Shown: in pieces, positions 30,832 through 41,311 of the stretch | Layout: every line of letters begins with the position of its first letter | Position numbering within the stretch: the first letter of the stretch is position 1 | Source: an uncultured Methanomicrobiales archaeon | Lineage (GTDB): Archaea > Halobacteriota > Methanomicrobia > Methanomicrobiales > Methanospirillaceae | Assembly (NCBI GenBank): GCA_963697895.1 | Contig: OY969100.1 | Coordinates: 128,001 to 192,000, forward strand | DNA: 64,000 nt | Reading direction: 5' to 3' | Translations under genes and position numbers: made by a program | The notes under the pieces: generated by a model | What the model was told of the DNA's origin: nothing | The model's input: the letters and a program-made list of their open reading frames with translations, nothing else | Databases searched by the model: none

Positions 30832-32148
30832 ATGAACCGGATTATCGATCGCGAACATTATCAGCAGACCCGGACGATCAAGCCACCGGAACCCGCCGCA
30901 ATCGTGCACTGGCTGAGAGAAAACCATCTGTTAACCACACCGTATTACCTGCATATCAACGGGGAAAATGCCGAAATTGGCTGGCAGGCGAAAGAACATA
31001 TTTCATTCCTGGATGGGCAGACCAGTGTTGCCGAAGACTGGGTTCCGGCAGTCAAGCGAATCGGCGATCAGGCTGCCGCCGCCGACAGCAAGGCATTCGG
31101 CTATCTTGGGTTTGACGTCTGTTGCGACAGTCCGCAGGGTTTTGCTCCCGATAACAGTTCTCCCTTCCCGCTTGTCCAGTTTTTTATTCCCGAACACAGA
31201 ATCTGCATCGAGGCCGGGAAGATTGAATACAGGGGTACCGACTCCGGCCTGCTTGAGAAGATCCTGAATGCCCCTGCCGTCTCCATACCCCTGCAACTGC
31301 CTCAGTCCCCCCCTGACGTGGAGTTCCCTGAACGGGCCTTCATGGAGGCGGTTGCCGCCGCGAAACGATCCATGACGGATGGTATCTCCAAAGTGGTCCT
31401 GTCACGTTACCTGGGATTTGATTACGATGCCGATCTGCTGGAGTTGTTCAGCGGCTATTGTCTGCATCAACAATATGCAGATGCCATTCTCATGGATTTC
31501 GGCTCAGTCGGTGCCGCTATTGCTTCCCCGGAACTTCTGATCGAGATCGACTCAGGGATGATTTTAGCCAATCCTCTCGCAGGTACCCGAGCCCTGGGCA
31601 GGGATGCTGCCGAAAACAACAAGTTGGCGCAGGAACTCCTCCGTGATCGCAAAGAACTTGCGGAGCACACGCTGGGTTTGCTGCAGATGCTGAAGGAACT
31701 GGAACCCTGCTGTGAGCCGGGGACGCTGGTGGTGAAAAAATTGCTGGACATCGTTCAAAGGAACAATATCATGCACCTGAGTTCTGAGTTGAGGGGACGG
31801 CTCGGTGCCGACAAGCATTGCATCGATGCAATGCTGTCGCTGTTCCCGAGCACCATGGTCAGTGGCGTGCCCAAGGCCGAATCCATCAAGCTCCTGCAGG
31901 ATCTGGAACCTTTTCCGAGGGGCTTGTTTGCCGGCACTGTAGGCTGGATATCCGGGCGTAACTGCCGGTTTCCCCTGACCATTCGCGGCATGTACAAATA
32001 TGGTGCACGCCTGTTCGTGCAGGCCGGGGCAGGGGTCATGGCGGAATCAGATCCGGCACAGGAGAATGAGGAAGTCAGGATGAAAATGTCGCCTATGCTG
32101 GCTGCCTTGTCCGGTACGAGAGACCACCCTCCAGATCGCAGGGGATGA
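30832..32148 (+). CDS. Chorismate-utilising MST-family enzyme (isochorismate/salicylate synthase-like)
   Basis: SKVVLSR, ASPE, PLAGT, KELAEH, HLSS, FPSTMVSGVPK, RGLFAG, IR, QAGAGV, EEVRMK. Confidence 0.85.
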   Translation: MNRIIDREHYQQTRTIKPPEPAAIVHWLRENHLLTTPYYLHINGENAEIGWQAKEHISFLDGQTSVAEDWVPAVKRIGDQAAAADSKAFGYLGFDVCCDSPQGFAPDNSSPFPLVQFFIPEHRICIEAGKIEYRGTDSGLLEKILNAPAVSIPLQLPQSPPDVEFPERAFMEAVAAAKRSMTDGISKVVLSRYLGFDYDADLLELFSGYCLHQQYADAILMDFGSVGAAIASPELLIEIDSGMILANPLAGTRALGRDAAENNKLAQELLRDRKELAEHTLGLLQMLKELEPCCEPGTLVVKKLLDIVQRNNIMHLSSELRGRLGADKHCIDAMLSLFPSTMVSGVPKAESIKLLQDLEPFPRGLFAGTVGWISGRNCRFPLTIRGMYKYGARLFVQAGAGVMAESDPAQENEEVRMKMSPMLAALSGTRDHPPDRRG

Positions 32149-32933
32149 TGATGGATACCCCGGAAAGAGTGGCAGTTATCAGTGGTGCTGCGCATGGCAT
32201 TGGGAAAGCGACAGCCCTGATGCTGGCCGGGCAGGTGAATGCCCTGATACTGATGGACAGAGACGAAGAAGGGCTGGTCGGGACAAGGAACCGGATACGG
32301 GAAAAAGCGGGGAAAGGCACCGCAGGAACCATTGATACGTATCCGGTTGATGCAACACGGGAAACCGAAGTAAAAGAAGTATTCGCCCGAATTCAGGATA
32401 CGTATCCGAGGCTTGATATTCTCATCAATGCCGTTGGCGGCAGTTCGTCGGGAGGGTACGCGGGAGTCCTCACGGAGGAGATGGATCTGCTCCAGTGGCA
32501 GTCGATCATCACGCTCAATCTGACTTCTGCCTTTCTCTGTTGCCGGGAAGCCATCCCGTTGATGAAAAAACACGGTTACGGCAGAATCGTCAATTTTTCA
32601 TCGATTGCACGGCATGGCAGACGGGACAAGGTTTCCACTGCGTATGCCGCATCCAAAGCCGGGGTGGACGGGTTTACGCGGAAACTGGCACGTGAAATCG
32701 CGCCCTTTGGCATTACCTGCAACGCTGTCGCCTCCGGAATTACCCTGACAGAACGGATCGACGAACAATTCTGGAGCGTCAGGTCTGATGCACAGAAACG
32801 CGCAGTGCTTGATTCGATACCGCTCGGACGGCTTTCAACCCCTGAAGAACAAGCACAGGTGGTCGTTTTTCTGGCTTCGGAAGCCGCCAGCTACCTGACG
32901 GGTCAGATTATCGAGGTGAGCGGTGGAATCTGA
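32145..32933 (+). CDS. SDR-family oxidoreductase
   Basis: SGAAHGIG, LINAVG, NFSS, YAASK, ITCNAVA. Confidence 0.92.
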   Translation: MMMDTPERVAVISGAAHGIGKATALMLAGQVNALILMDRDEEGLVGTRNRIREKAGKGTAGTIDTYPVDATRETEVKEVFARIQDTYPRLDILINAVGGSSSGGYAGVLTEEMDLLQWQSIITLNLTSAFLCCREAIPLMKKHGYGRIVNFSSIARHGRRDKVSTAYAASKAGVDGFTRKLAREIAPFGITCNAVASGITLTERIDEQFWSVRSDAQKRAVLDSIPLGRLSTPEEQAQVVVFLASEAASYLTGQIIEVSGGI

Positions 32934-33948
32934 CCAAAAACACCTGAATGTGGTCGTCATCGGCGGTGGCACCATGGGCACGGCCCTGTCCCATGTGATC
33001 GCATCTGCCGGCCATTCCTGCACCCTCCTGACCGATGACAGGGTGGTTGCAGAATCGGTGAATACCCTGCACCGCCATCCCGTATTCTTTGATGGCCTGA
33101 ATATTCACGACAGGGTGAAAGGGGTGACTGCACCTGATGCCTGTATCCCCGATGCAGAACTGCTTGTCATGGCGGTGCCGTCTTACGATATGCGGGAGGT
33201 TGCACGGCGGATGGGACATTTGACGAAAACGCACCAATCGGTGCTGTCGGTGACGAAGGGGTTTGAACCGGTCACCCACAAGCTGATGTCCCGGGTCCTG
33301 CGCGAGGAGTGGGAGACGGTACATATAGGAACGCTTTCTGGTCCGAATATTACCCTGGATCTGGTCAGGAATCTGCCCACGACGCTTCTCGTGTCTTCAA
33401 CTTCACCGCAGATGCTGGATCACGGAAAACTCGCGTTCTCCTCGGGCACGGTCAACGTTGCCGTATCGACAGATATCCGGACGTTTGAACATATCAGTGC
33501 ATTAAAAAATGGTGTCGCCATTGAAGTGGGCATTGTCACCGGCCTGGGATTGGGCGACAACTTCAGGGCCCTGGTGCTGGCCAGGGGCATGGCTGAAATA
33601 AGCCGGCTTTTGAAACGAATGGGGCTGCATGCCGGGGCATTCTATGGTCCGGCGGGCCTGTCAGACATATTCCTGACCTGCTCCAGCCAATTTGCGAAGA
33701 ACTATGCCATCGGCCTGCAGCTGGGCGGCGGTGCATCCCTGGCCCGGCTGCTCGATGACCTGAAGAAACATGGCGAAGTCGTCGAAGGCCTCGAATCAGT
33801 GAAGGCAGGGCATTCGCTGGCGCAAAAATTTGGCTGTAAAGCCCCCCTGCTCGAGGCCACTCACCGGTTTATCTATCAGAACGCCGGCGGAGAGTTCGGT
33901 GCCGATCAGTTCATCTCAGCAGCGTTCAGGGATGGGAGCGCCTTCTAG
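32923..33948 (+). CDS. gpsA: NAD(P)H-dependent glycerol-3-phosphate dehydrogenase-like (GpsA family), divergent
   Basis: GGGTMGTAL, AVPS, TKG, LSGPN, ALKN, GLGDN, GLSD..LTC, VEG. Confidence 0.8.
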   Translation: MESDQKHLNVVVIGGGTMGTALSHVIASAGHSCTLLTDDRVVAESVNTLHRHPVFFDGLNIHDRVKGVTAPDACIPDAELLVMAVPSYDMREVARRMGHLTKTHQSVLSVTKGFEPVTHKLMSRVLREEWETVHIGTLSGPNITLDLVRNLPTTLLVSSTSPQMLDHGKLAFSSGTVNVAVSTDIRTFEHISALKNGVAIEVGIVTGLGLGDNFRALVLARGMAEISRLLKRMGLHAGAFYGPAGLSDIFLTCSSQFAKNYAIGLQLGGGASLARLLDDLKKHGEVVEGLESVKAGHSLAQKFGCKAPLLEATHRFIYQNAGGEFGADQFISAAFRDGSAF

Positions 33949-34155
33949 AATCAATCGCGGCCAACATTTCGCAGCGGGGAACCCGTGTCCGGGCCCTGAT
34001 CGCGGTGTGCCTGCTGCCGCTTGCGGCGCAGACACATGAATGTCGCGGAGCAGCGTCACGAATGCAGAGGAATCTGGTGTTGCCGGGATTATGCCTGCTG
34101 CGATATCCCACGCAGGGAAAAAAATTAAGAATATACGTGTGATACCGGGTATGAT

Positions 34156-34791
34156 ATGATAAAATCCAAGTCGGATTATACATTTTATCTGAAAGCGGAC
34201 AAAATAGCTCTGGAAATCCCCGACAGAAGGCGGCTTTTTTACCCCGATGAAATCTGGCGTTATCAGCGGTTGCTTCGAAAAGTGGAATATTTCATGAACT
34301 GTAAGAAAAAATCGAAAATCTGGAGGCCCTATACATTTTATTTAAAATTAAGATTACGGAGACGGGGAATGAAACTGGGTTTTTTAATCCCTCCCCATGT
34401 ATTTGGTCCCGGTTTATCAATAGCTCATTTCGGAACGCTTATTGTGAATCCTCAGGTAATGGTCGGAGAAAATTGCCGGATCCACAATTGTGTGCACATA
34501 GGGACGCATTGCCATGCGAAAGGAGAACCGGATAAATGTCCAACGATCGGGAACAATGTATTCATCGGACCCGGTTCGGTGATTGTCGGTGAGATTACCA
34601 TCGCTGACGACATTGTAATAGGAGCAAATTCTTTTGTTAATTCGTCTTTCCTGGAACCGGGGATTACCATCGCGGGGGCTCCGGCAAGAAAAGTAAGCGA
34701 TAAGGGATTCGATCGCTGTTTTCATAAAGCCACGGAAGTTTTAAGGAAAGAACTCCGGAACTCTCAAAATTGGTCCGATACGGTGAAATAA
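34156..34791 (+). CDS. Serine-acetyltransferase-like hexapeptide acyltransferase
   Basis: FGPGLSIAH, GENCRIH, PTIGNNVFIGPG, IGANS, AGAPA. Confidence 0.85.
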   Translation: MIKSKSDYTFYLKADKIALEIPDRRRLFYPDEIWRYQRLLRKVEYFMNCKKKSKIWRPYTFYLKLRLRRRGMKLGFLIPPHVFGPGLSIAHFGTLIVNPQVMVGENCRIHNCVHIGTHCHAKGEPDKCPTIGNNVFIGPGSVIVGEITIADDIVIGANSFVNSSFLEPGITIAGAPARKVSDKGFDRCFHKATEVLRKELRNSQNWSDTVK

Positions 34792-34992
34792 CAATAGTTA
34801 TCCGCGACGAATGCAGTTTATACCGGGGTATTCGAAATGACCGTATACCCGGCAGAGACGATGATCGGCAGGAAGGAGCAGACCGGGATATGAGTCAAAA
34901 GCATTAGGATCATAGCCGAAGAAACACTATGGTTAATGGATCCTGATTATATGAATACCGAGTCCACGTTCAAATCCAGGCGGATATGAACA

Positions 34993-36069
34993 ATGGCTGA
35001 ACAAATCCTTCTCATACGGACCGTATGGCCTCACTGGGGACAATTCTCCGGAATAAATCAATTTATAAAATATATTGATACTGATCGATATATCATCGAG
35101 GAGCATTTGACGTCACCTCGTGACGAGGACTTCCCCATCCGGAATCCCGCCGTACAAAAATTCCTTCGGAATTTCTTCCAAAAAGGGACCAAATGGTATA
35201 ATTTGAGTGATTTAAATGCTGAACTAAGCGCATTTTTATCGAGTATATCCTCGCAAACAGATCTCATCCATTTTTTAACCGCCGATCATGGAACTCAGTT
35301 TCTTCCTTTCCTGTTCAGGAGATCAGGTCGCAGAACCAAAATTATGGGGACGTATCACCAGCCCCCGTACCTGTTAAAACAAGTGACGAGTAAAGCCGTT
35401 ATTCGCAGGCTGGATGCAGTTATGGTCGTGTCACCGGATCAGATTCCTTACTTTACAGAAATAATGGATCCGGAAAGGATTCATCTGATCCTCCACGGAA
35501 TCGATACCCACTATTTTCAGCCCGGCAGTTATTCAATGGATAACGGCAGATTCAGGTGTATAACTGTTGGATTTTGGTTGAGGGACTTAATAGCAGTCCG
35601 GGAAGTTGCTTCCCGGCTGGCGCAGTATAAAAATATTGAATTCCATGTCATCCAGTCAAGGATGTCCGGTCCCCCGGAGCTGGGTTTAGAGGATCTGGAC
35701 AATGTCATCCTGCATAGGGACGAGATAAGCGATGAAATGTTGCGGGAGATGTATCAGAGATCTCACGTATTATTCCTGCCACTCAAGGAATCCACGGCAA
35801 ACAATGCGCTTCTTGAAGGACTTTCCTGCGGCCTCCCTATTGTATCGACCGTATTACCGTCAGTTCAGGCATATGTTTCCATGGAGGGGGCCGTATTAAT
35901 AGATAATAACGATCCCGATCGGTTGGCGGAAGCAATAGTATATCTGTATGAAAATCTGGATGAACAGAGAAAAATGGGTCAAAAATCGAGAGAAAGAGCG
36001 CTGGAATTAGACTGGCACCGGATTACACCTCTTATCGAAGATATGTACGGACAGGTGATTCATGAATGA
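34993..36069 (+). CDS. Glycosyltransferase family 4
   Basis: HGIDT, TVGFWLRD, STANNALLEGLSCGLPIV. Confidence 0.85.
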   Translation: MAEQILLIRTVWPHWGQFSGINQFIKYIDTDRYIIEEHLTSPRDEDFPIRNPAVQKFLRNFFQKGTKWYNLSDLNAELSAFLSSISSQTDLIHFLTADHGTQFLPFLFRRSGRRTKIMGTYHQPPYLLKQVTSKAVIRRLDAVMVVSPDQIPYFTEIMDPERIHLILHGIDTHYFQPGSYSMDNGRFRCITVGFWLRDLIAVREVASRLAQYKNIEFHVIQSRMSGPPELGLEDLDNVILHRDEISDEMLREMYQRSHVLFLPLKESTANNALLEGLSCGLPIVSTVLPSVQAYVSMEGAVLIDNNDPDRLAEAIVYLYENLDEQRKMGQKSRERALELDWHRITPLIEDMYGQVIHE

Positions 36070-36170
36070 ACAGGGTGTGCCTCGTACTGCATCAGGGAAC
36101 AGACTTCTTTTAAACCGGACCAATTTCGTGTCCATACTATTTTATAAAACTCAAATATATCATTAATGAA

Positions 36171-36410
36171 ATGAAACCGGATTACACAATCTGCCTTGCG
36201 ACCAGTCAATTTGAGGGAATAGACCCTGTTGGTGGCATTGGTACGTATTATCGGGAACTATCCCTCCTGTTCGCGAAAAACGGGTGGAATGTCACTGTCG
36301 TGTATCTCTCGGAGCGTGGGGGTGATCCGATTGAAAAGGATATCAACGCATTTTCAAATTATTTTTTCAATGCCTGCGGTACCAGAGACCTGAGCATCCG
36401 GAACGGATAA
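36171..36410 (+). pseudogene. Truncated N-terminal paralog of the GT4-GT2 gene at 27049
   Basis: ICLATSQFEGIDPVGGIGTYYRELSLLFAKNGW matches ICLATNQFEGIDQIGGIGTYYRELSILLSKNGW; stops after 79 aa. Confidence 0.8.
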
Positions 36411-36556
36411 AATTGGCAGTTCCAGGGGCATCTCCCGAATACGGGTACAAAAACAGCAGACAGAGATCGGAGAGGATTTAACCCGTCGGATGGGCGACAT
36501 CAGCGGAAATATTTATTCCTGAAAGGTGAATTTACCTATGAAAGGGGCCATAAAGG

Positions 36557-38107
36557 GTGCTGGATATTGACGAAGCGGGAAAAAACTCATTCAAATTAAT
36601 TTTTTCGAAGAACGAGCCGGACTCGATTACCGTTGAAAAGTCCGGCAGGATACGGGTAAATAACAATACTATCCGCCTGGACTACAAGAATAATAGTGAA
36701 ACCATCGGATGGGCCGAAAATTCCGGTTGGATAATCAGGACCCTTCACCAGAATATTCTCCCCCTTTATGTGAGGGTTGTGCGGGATATGGTCTGGGTGT
36801 CGAATGACATCTCGGAATTATTGGTACCGGATGAAGTGGTCTCTGTCAGGCGGGTCGAGCTGTTGCTCGCCGCAGCCGGGTCCCAGGGAATCCGGACTGC
36901 ATTATCCCGTTTAATAGATGATATCATGTTATTGATGCCGTTATCGCGGTACCGGGTCTCTTTTGAGGATCGCATCCCTTCAGTTACCTGGTCGGATATC
37001 GATTTTGCATTTCGCAAAAACGCCACAAAGGAGGATTTTCTGGATCTTCTCACCGGCCAATATGACAAAGCGTATCATCAGGATCCCGAGATCTGCCTTG
37101 CGATATCCGGTGGATGGGACAGCAGGCTTGAGCTGGCTATATTAACCCGCCTGAATAAAAAAGTCCATTGTTACCATGCGATAATTTCCAAGCGCGAAGC
37201 GGAACAGGCCAGGCTTGTCGCCCGGACTGCCGGAGCATCCTTCCGCGAATTGCCGTACGAGCAATTGATCATGCCCGGGTGGGATCTCCTCAGACAAAAG
37301 GGGTATCTGACCAGATGGGATGGATTTTTTGCACCGGGAGCGCTGTATTCCGCCGGACTCTGTGCCGAGATGATAAAAGAGCACCCTGCTGCTGCCATAC
37401 GGGTGATGAGCTCTTTAACGGGTTGGAAAGGCCGGCTCTACGAGCATTCAGGGGATTTACGGGAGTACTGGCTGCACAAGGAGGAGAGTTATTTCGACAG
37501 GTGCCAGGTAATTTTCCCGGAATATGGCCCGCTTCTCGAGCAGGAACAGGAGCGAAGGCAGGAGATCGTCTCCGGTTTAATCCCGGTAATACTGGCAAAA
37601 TGCGAGAGGCCCGATATTGCTGTCGATATTTCATATAATATGCTGGCTTACAGCAGGATGGATACGAGAGAGACATTCTTGTGTGAAAATGGTATGCCTG
37701 TTTTTGATGGTGCGAAGGAAGCGGGAGATTTTTTCATATCATTGCCTGAAGAGGATAAAAAACAGCCCGTCTTTCTCGAATGGGCGATTGCGCAGCTGAG
37801 TCCCGTCCTTTCGAAGGTGCCGCATACCACCTCCTCGATGAAACGCACGGAGCGGGAGTTTGGCCTGATAGGGCGTATCCGCTTATTCAGTGGGTTCCTG
37901 GGCAGGTTTTCAAAACTGGACAGAGGTTACAGCCAGGATTGGTTTCGAGATCCGGACGTTGTCGACGTGTTTGAAATGATACCTGAAATAAAGCAGATAT
38001 CAGAACGGGTCAGTGATGGTAAACCCCGGTTATATATCGCCCAGATATGCAGGTTTCTGAAAGCCGTACAGGAAAAGAAAAATGTCTCTTTCCGGGTAGT
38101 CGAATAG
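36557..38107 (+). CDS. Divergent asparagine-synthetase-like PP-loop protein
   Basis: ISGGWDSR PP-loop at about residue 183; no N-terminal glutaminase Cys. Confidence 0.55.
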   Translation: MLDIDEAGKNSFKLIFSKNEPDSITVEKSGRIRVNNNTIRLDYKNNSETIGWAENSGWIIRTLHQNILPLYVRVVRDMVWVSNDISELLVPDEVVSVRRVELLLAAAGSQGIRTALSRLIDDIMLLMPLSRYRVSFEDRIPSVTWSDIDFAFRKNATKEDFLDLLTGQYDKAYHQDPEICLAISGGWDSRLELAILTRLNKKVHCYHAIISKREAEQARLVARTAGASFRELPYEQLIMPGWDLLRQKGYLTRWDGFFAPGALYSAGLCAEMIKEHPAAAIRVMSSLTGWKGRLYEHSGDLREYWLHKEESYFDRCQVIFPEYGPLLEQEQERRQEIVSGLIPVILAKCERPDIAVDISYNMLAYSRMDTRETFLCENGMPVFDGAKEAGDFFISLPEEDKKQPVFLEWAIAQLSPVLSKVPHTTSSMKRTEREFGLIGRIRLFSGFLGRFSKLDRGYSQDWFRDPDVVDVFEMIPEIKQISERVSDGKPRLYIAQICRFLKAVQEKKNVSFRVVE

Positions 38108-38306
38108 ACGCACCATTCTGCAGGATAACGCTGCTGATGGGGACCCCCCCCCGATCAGAATGATAATTTCCCGTTTGCCGTCAAATGATGGTCTGGTATC
38201 GGCCGGTGAACCGATCCCATTTACCCTGTTCCGGGTCTGGCTATCGATCGGAATAAGCACATTGGCAGGGAGTTCTACAGGTTTCCCCGGAATGGGAGAC
38301 GGTGCA

Positions 38307-39683
38307 TCACTCAACACACCGGATATAATAGAGATTCTTTGCCAGTCTCGAGGCCTTAACCGACCCAAAACGCCCGGAGATCTCATGGAATCGGTTAATA
38401 CAGTCCAAAACATCGGATAGTTCAAGTTCTTCGAATTTATGCTCTAAATATCTTTTGTTCCCTCCGGACCGCTCGAACGTATCCAGGATGGACAAATACC
38501 CCTTAACCAAAAAAGGCCTGAACAGGTCTCCCCGACTCATATCACTTCCCCGGAGATTTTCCATAATGGGGAGGAGTGATCTGACGATGCGTTCACACGC
38601 GAACTCCCCATCGATGGAGGCGATATGCGCCTCTGCGATCGAACGCCGTTCCGGGTCGTGGAATAAAGAGTCATCTTCATCCCTCTCCCATACGTTCCGG
38701 ATCTTTTCTTTCAGTGCATGGGTATCGGAAACAATGTAGCTTAACGCATTCGGCAGATAATTGTCAAACTTCTCCGATACGACCGGACAATACGCGATCA
38801 CCGGAGTTTTCATAAGGAATGACTCTATCCCGGTGGTACACCCGTTATGAATCACGGCCCTGGCCGCCCCGAGCCAGGGGACAATGTACCCCTCGTGAAC
38901 TACCATGACCCGGCTCAGCCCACGGGTAATGTCTCTCCAGAATTGTTGGTTTTCCGAAGGATGCGGACGGAGAACGATTCGGTAGTCAGGAAACTCATCG
39001 TTCAGTTCCCGAATCATCCCGACAAAAAAATTCAGTATCGTCTTCTGGTGCGCCAGTCGTTCCCGGTGAAAGAGTTCATCATCCTTACCCTTGATCAACC
39101 CCCTCTGCTCAAGAAGGGTAAAACCAAAATCAGGGCCCTTGAAATGGTTTGAGGAGGCAAAATTGGTATTGATGAGAATAAAATCCCCGTAGGTATCCTG
39201 TATTTTTTTTATATCATCCTGAAAGACGGACCGGAATTCAGTTCTTAACAGGTCGAAACGGGGATTCCCTGTTGGAAGAACCTTTTCCTTCATCCCACCG
39301 GATTTTGAGAGAATAATGTCGGATTGGAAATTTCCCCACGCATAAAACTTCTCGACCAATCCCATTGCTTCCGGTGAGATCCGGTAGCGGAGGTACATTT
39401 CCGGGCTGTAGATAGCAAGCCCTTCCTCATCCAGAGCCACGTTTTTATGGCCGGAAGCCTGGACCGCCCTTAATGCCTTCACATGCTGTTGCGCAACTCC
39501 ATAATGCAAAGAGATACCCCTTGGCATATGCGGTAGACATCGGCCCAGACTATTTTCCTGGCCGATCACCACATGAAAACCATTCTCTGCCGAAAATAAC
39601 GCTAAAAGTAGTTTACCATACAGTTCGCGGGTTTTTACATCCATCGGGATATAAAACCATCCTCTTTTCTGAACACATTCCAT
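38307..39683 (-). CDS. Surface carbohydrate biosynthesis protein (GT-B-like)
   Basis: KTREL..KLLLA, LDEEG, TGNPRFD, INTNF, RPHPSE, HNGCTTGIE. Confidence 0.78.
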   Translation of the reverse strand: MECVQKRGWFYIPMDVKTRELYGKLLLALFSAENGFHVVIGQENSLGRCLPHMPRGISLHYGVAQQHVKALRAVQASGHKNVALDEEGLAIYSPEMYLRYRISPEAMGLVEKFYAWGNFQSDIILSKSGGMKEKVLPTGNPRFDLLRTEFRSVFQDDIKKIQDTYGDFILINTNFASSNHFKGPDFGFTLLEQRGLIKGKDDELFHRERLAHQKTILNFFVGMIRELNDEFPDYRIVLRPHPSENQQFWRDITRGLSRVMVVHEGYIVPWLGAARAVIHNGCTTGIESFLMKTPVIAYCPVVSEKFDNYLPNALSYIVSDTHALKEKIRNVWERDEDDSLFHDPERRSIAEAHIASIDGEFACERIVRSLLPIMENLRGSDMSRGDLFRPFLVKGYLSILDTFERSGGNKRYLEHKFEELELSDVLDCINRFHEISGRFGSVKASRLAKNLYYIRCVE

Positions 39684-40225
39684 GATACCGAACGCGAAGA
39701 AGAAATACCCTGGCCGGCCCTAATTGTCCCCCATCTCATTTCTCCTGTTACCCGGGAGAGTAGTACAATACATTGGCATGGCGCCCCCATCGACTCTGAG
39801 ATCAACGGGAATGAAAACCCAGCGACGTGAAGAATGTCTCATCTCCTCACGAAATTGCACCCGCTTCCAGATCCCCGGCATCCCGGCAGACCCGCACCCT
39901 CACTTCCCCGTCTTGCGTAAACCATTTGCGTTCTTCGCCCATAAATTCTCTCTTTTGACGTCTCTTGATGTTATCACCCGGGAATAGGAGTTCCCGCTTA
40001 CCGGTAGCGCACCGGTCAACTCTTCTTCCCGGGATGCCGGGAGTGGGAAGGTTTTTATGATCCCGTTTGGGGATAATCCGCGGTATCCGCTCCGGAATGC
40101 GAGGAATCTATCGCATATCACCACGCATGAGAGGAATCCCGCCGGGTGGTGAGAGAGGTATGAGAACCCATCCGCGGGGTGCCTTTCATGAGCTGATCTT
40201 AAGATGCGGTGAAAAAAACAGATGA

Positions 40226-41212
40226 GTGGATTATGCAGGCATGAAGGCACTTGTCACCGGGTGTGCGGGATTTATCGGGAGCACGCTGACCGACCAGCTG
40301 TTGGGCGAGGGGTACGAGGTCATCGGCATCGACCGGTTCTCGGACTACTATCCCCGGGAGATCAAGGAACGGAACCTCTCCCGTGCACGGGATCACCCGC
40401 GGTTTACCCTGATCGAAGAAGATATTGCGGGGATGAAGACCTTTCCGAAGGTCGATTATGTCTTCCATCTCGCTGCCCAGGCAGGGGTCCGGGCATCGTG
40501 GGGGAAGAATTTTGATATCTACACCCGCGACAACATCCAGGCGTCCCAGCGGCTGCTCGAATTCTACAAGGACGCGGGGATCAGGAAATTCGTGTACTCG
40601 TCATCTTCATCGGTGTACGGCGATGCGGAGCTTCCGATGCGCGAAGATCGCCCGGTATCCCCCGTATCTCCTTACGGGGTCACCAAACTCGCCGCAGAGC
40701 ACCTCTGCTCCCTCTACGGGAAGAACTATGCACTGCCCACCGTATCGCTCCGCTACTTTTCGGTGTACGGCCCCCGTCAGCGGCCGGATATGGGGATTTA
40801 CCGGTTCGTCGATGCCATACGGGGCGGCAGGGCGATCACCGTGTACGGGGAAGGCAACCAGACGAGGGATTTCACCTATATCGATGATATCGTGGATGCA
40901 AACGTCGTCGCCGCGGGAAGCGGGACTGCCGGAGGGGCATTCAACATCGGCGGGGGAAACCGGATACGGGTCAACGACCTGATCGAAGCGATCGAGGAGG
41001 CTACCGGGATGAATGCGACCCTTCGCTACATCGAACGGCAAAAGGGCGATGTAGAGGATACGTGGGCTGATACGCAGAAGGCCAGAGAGCTGCTCGGGTG
41101 GGGTGCAAAGGTGGACATCCGGGAAGGGTTGGATCGGTACGTGGCGTGGATCAGAGACGGAACGCACGAAACGGGAAGAGCACGGGGGTCGGGCATACCG
41201 GATCGTCTTTAG
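40226..41212 (+). CDS. NAD-dependent nucleotide-sugar epimerase/dehydratase
   Basis: TGCAGFIG, HLAAQAGVR, SSSSVYG, YGVTK, YGPRQRPDM, RDFTYIDD. Confidence 0.93.
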   Translation: MDYAGMKALVTGCAGFIGSTLTDQLLGEGYEVIGIDRFSDYYPREIKERNLSRARDHPRFTLIEEDIAGMKTFPKVDYVFHLAAQAGVRASWGKNFDIYTRDNIQASQRLLEFYKDAGIRKFVYSSSSSVYGDAELPMREDRPVSPVSPYGVTKLAAEHLCSLYGKNYALPTVSLRYFSVYGPRQRPDMGIYRFVDAIRGGRAITVYGEGNQTRDFTYIDDIVDANVVAAGSGTAGGAFNIGGGNRIRVNDLIEAIEEATGMNATLRYIERQKGDVEDTWADTQKARELLGWGAKVDIREGLDRYVAWIRDGTHETGRARGSGIPDRL

Positions 41213-41311
41213 GAAAAAAGGTTCATCCGATACGAATACTACAGATATGAAATAATGTAAACATCGGATGAATTCCGGAATTTCCCCCTTTCCCGGTAAT
41301 CCGGCCGGTGC

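Noticed and set aside
19574-38107. RiPP cluster (graspetide, lasso or radical SAM)
   Set aside because: No precursor peptide, leader peptidase or RRE found; the context is glycan biosynthesis.
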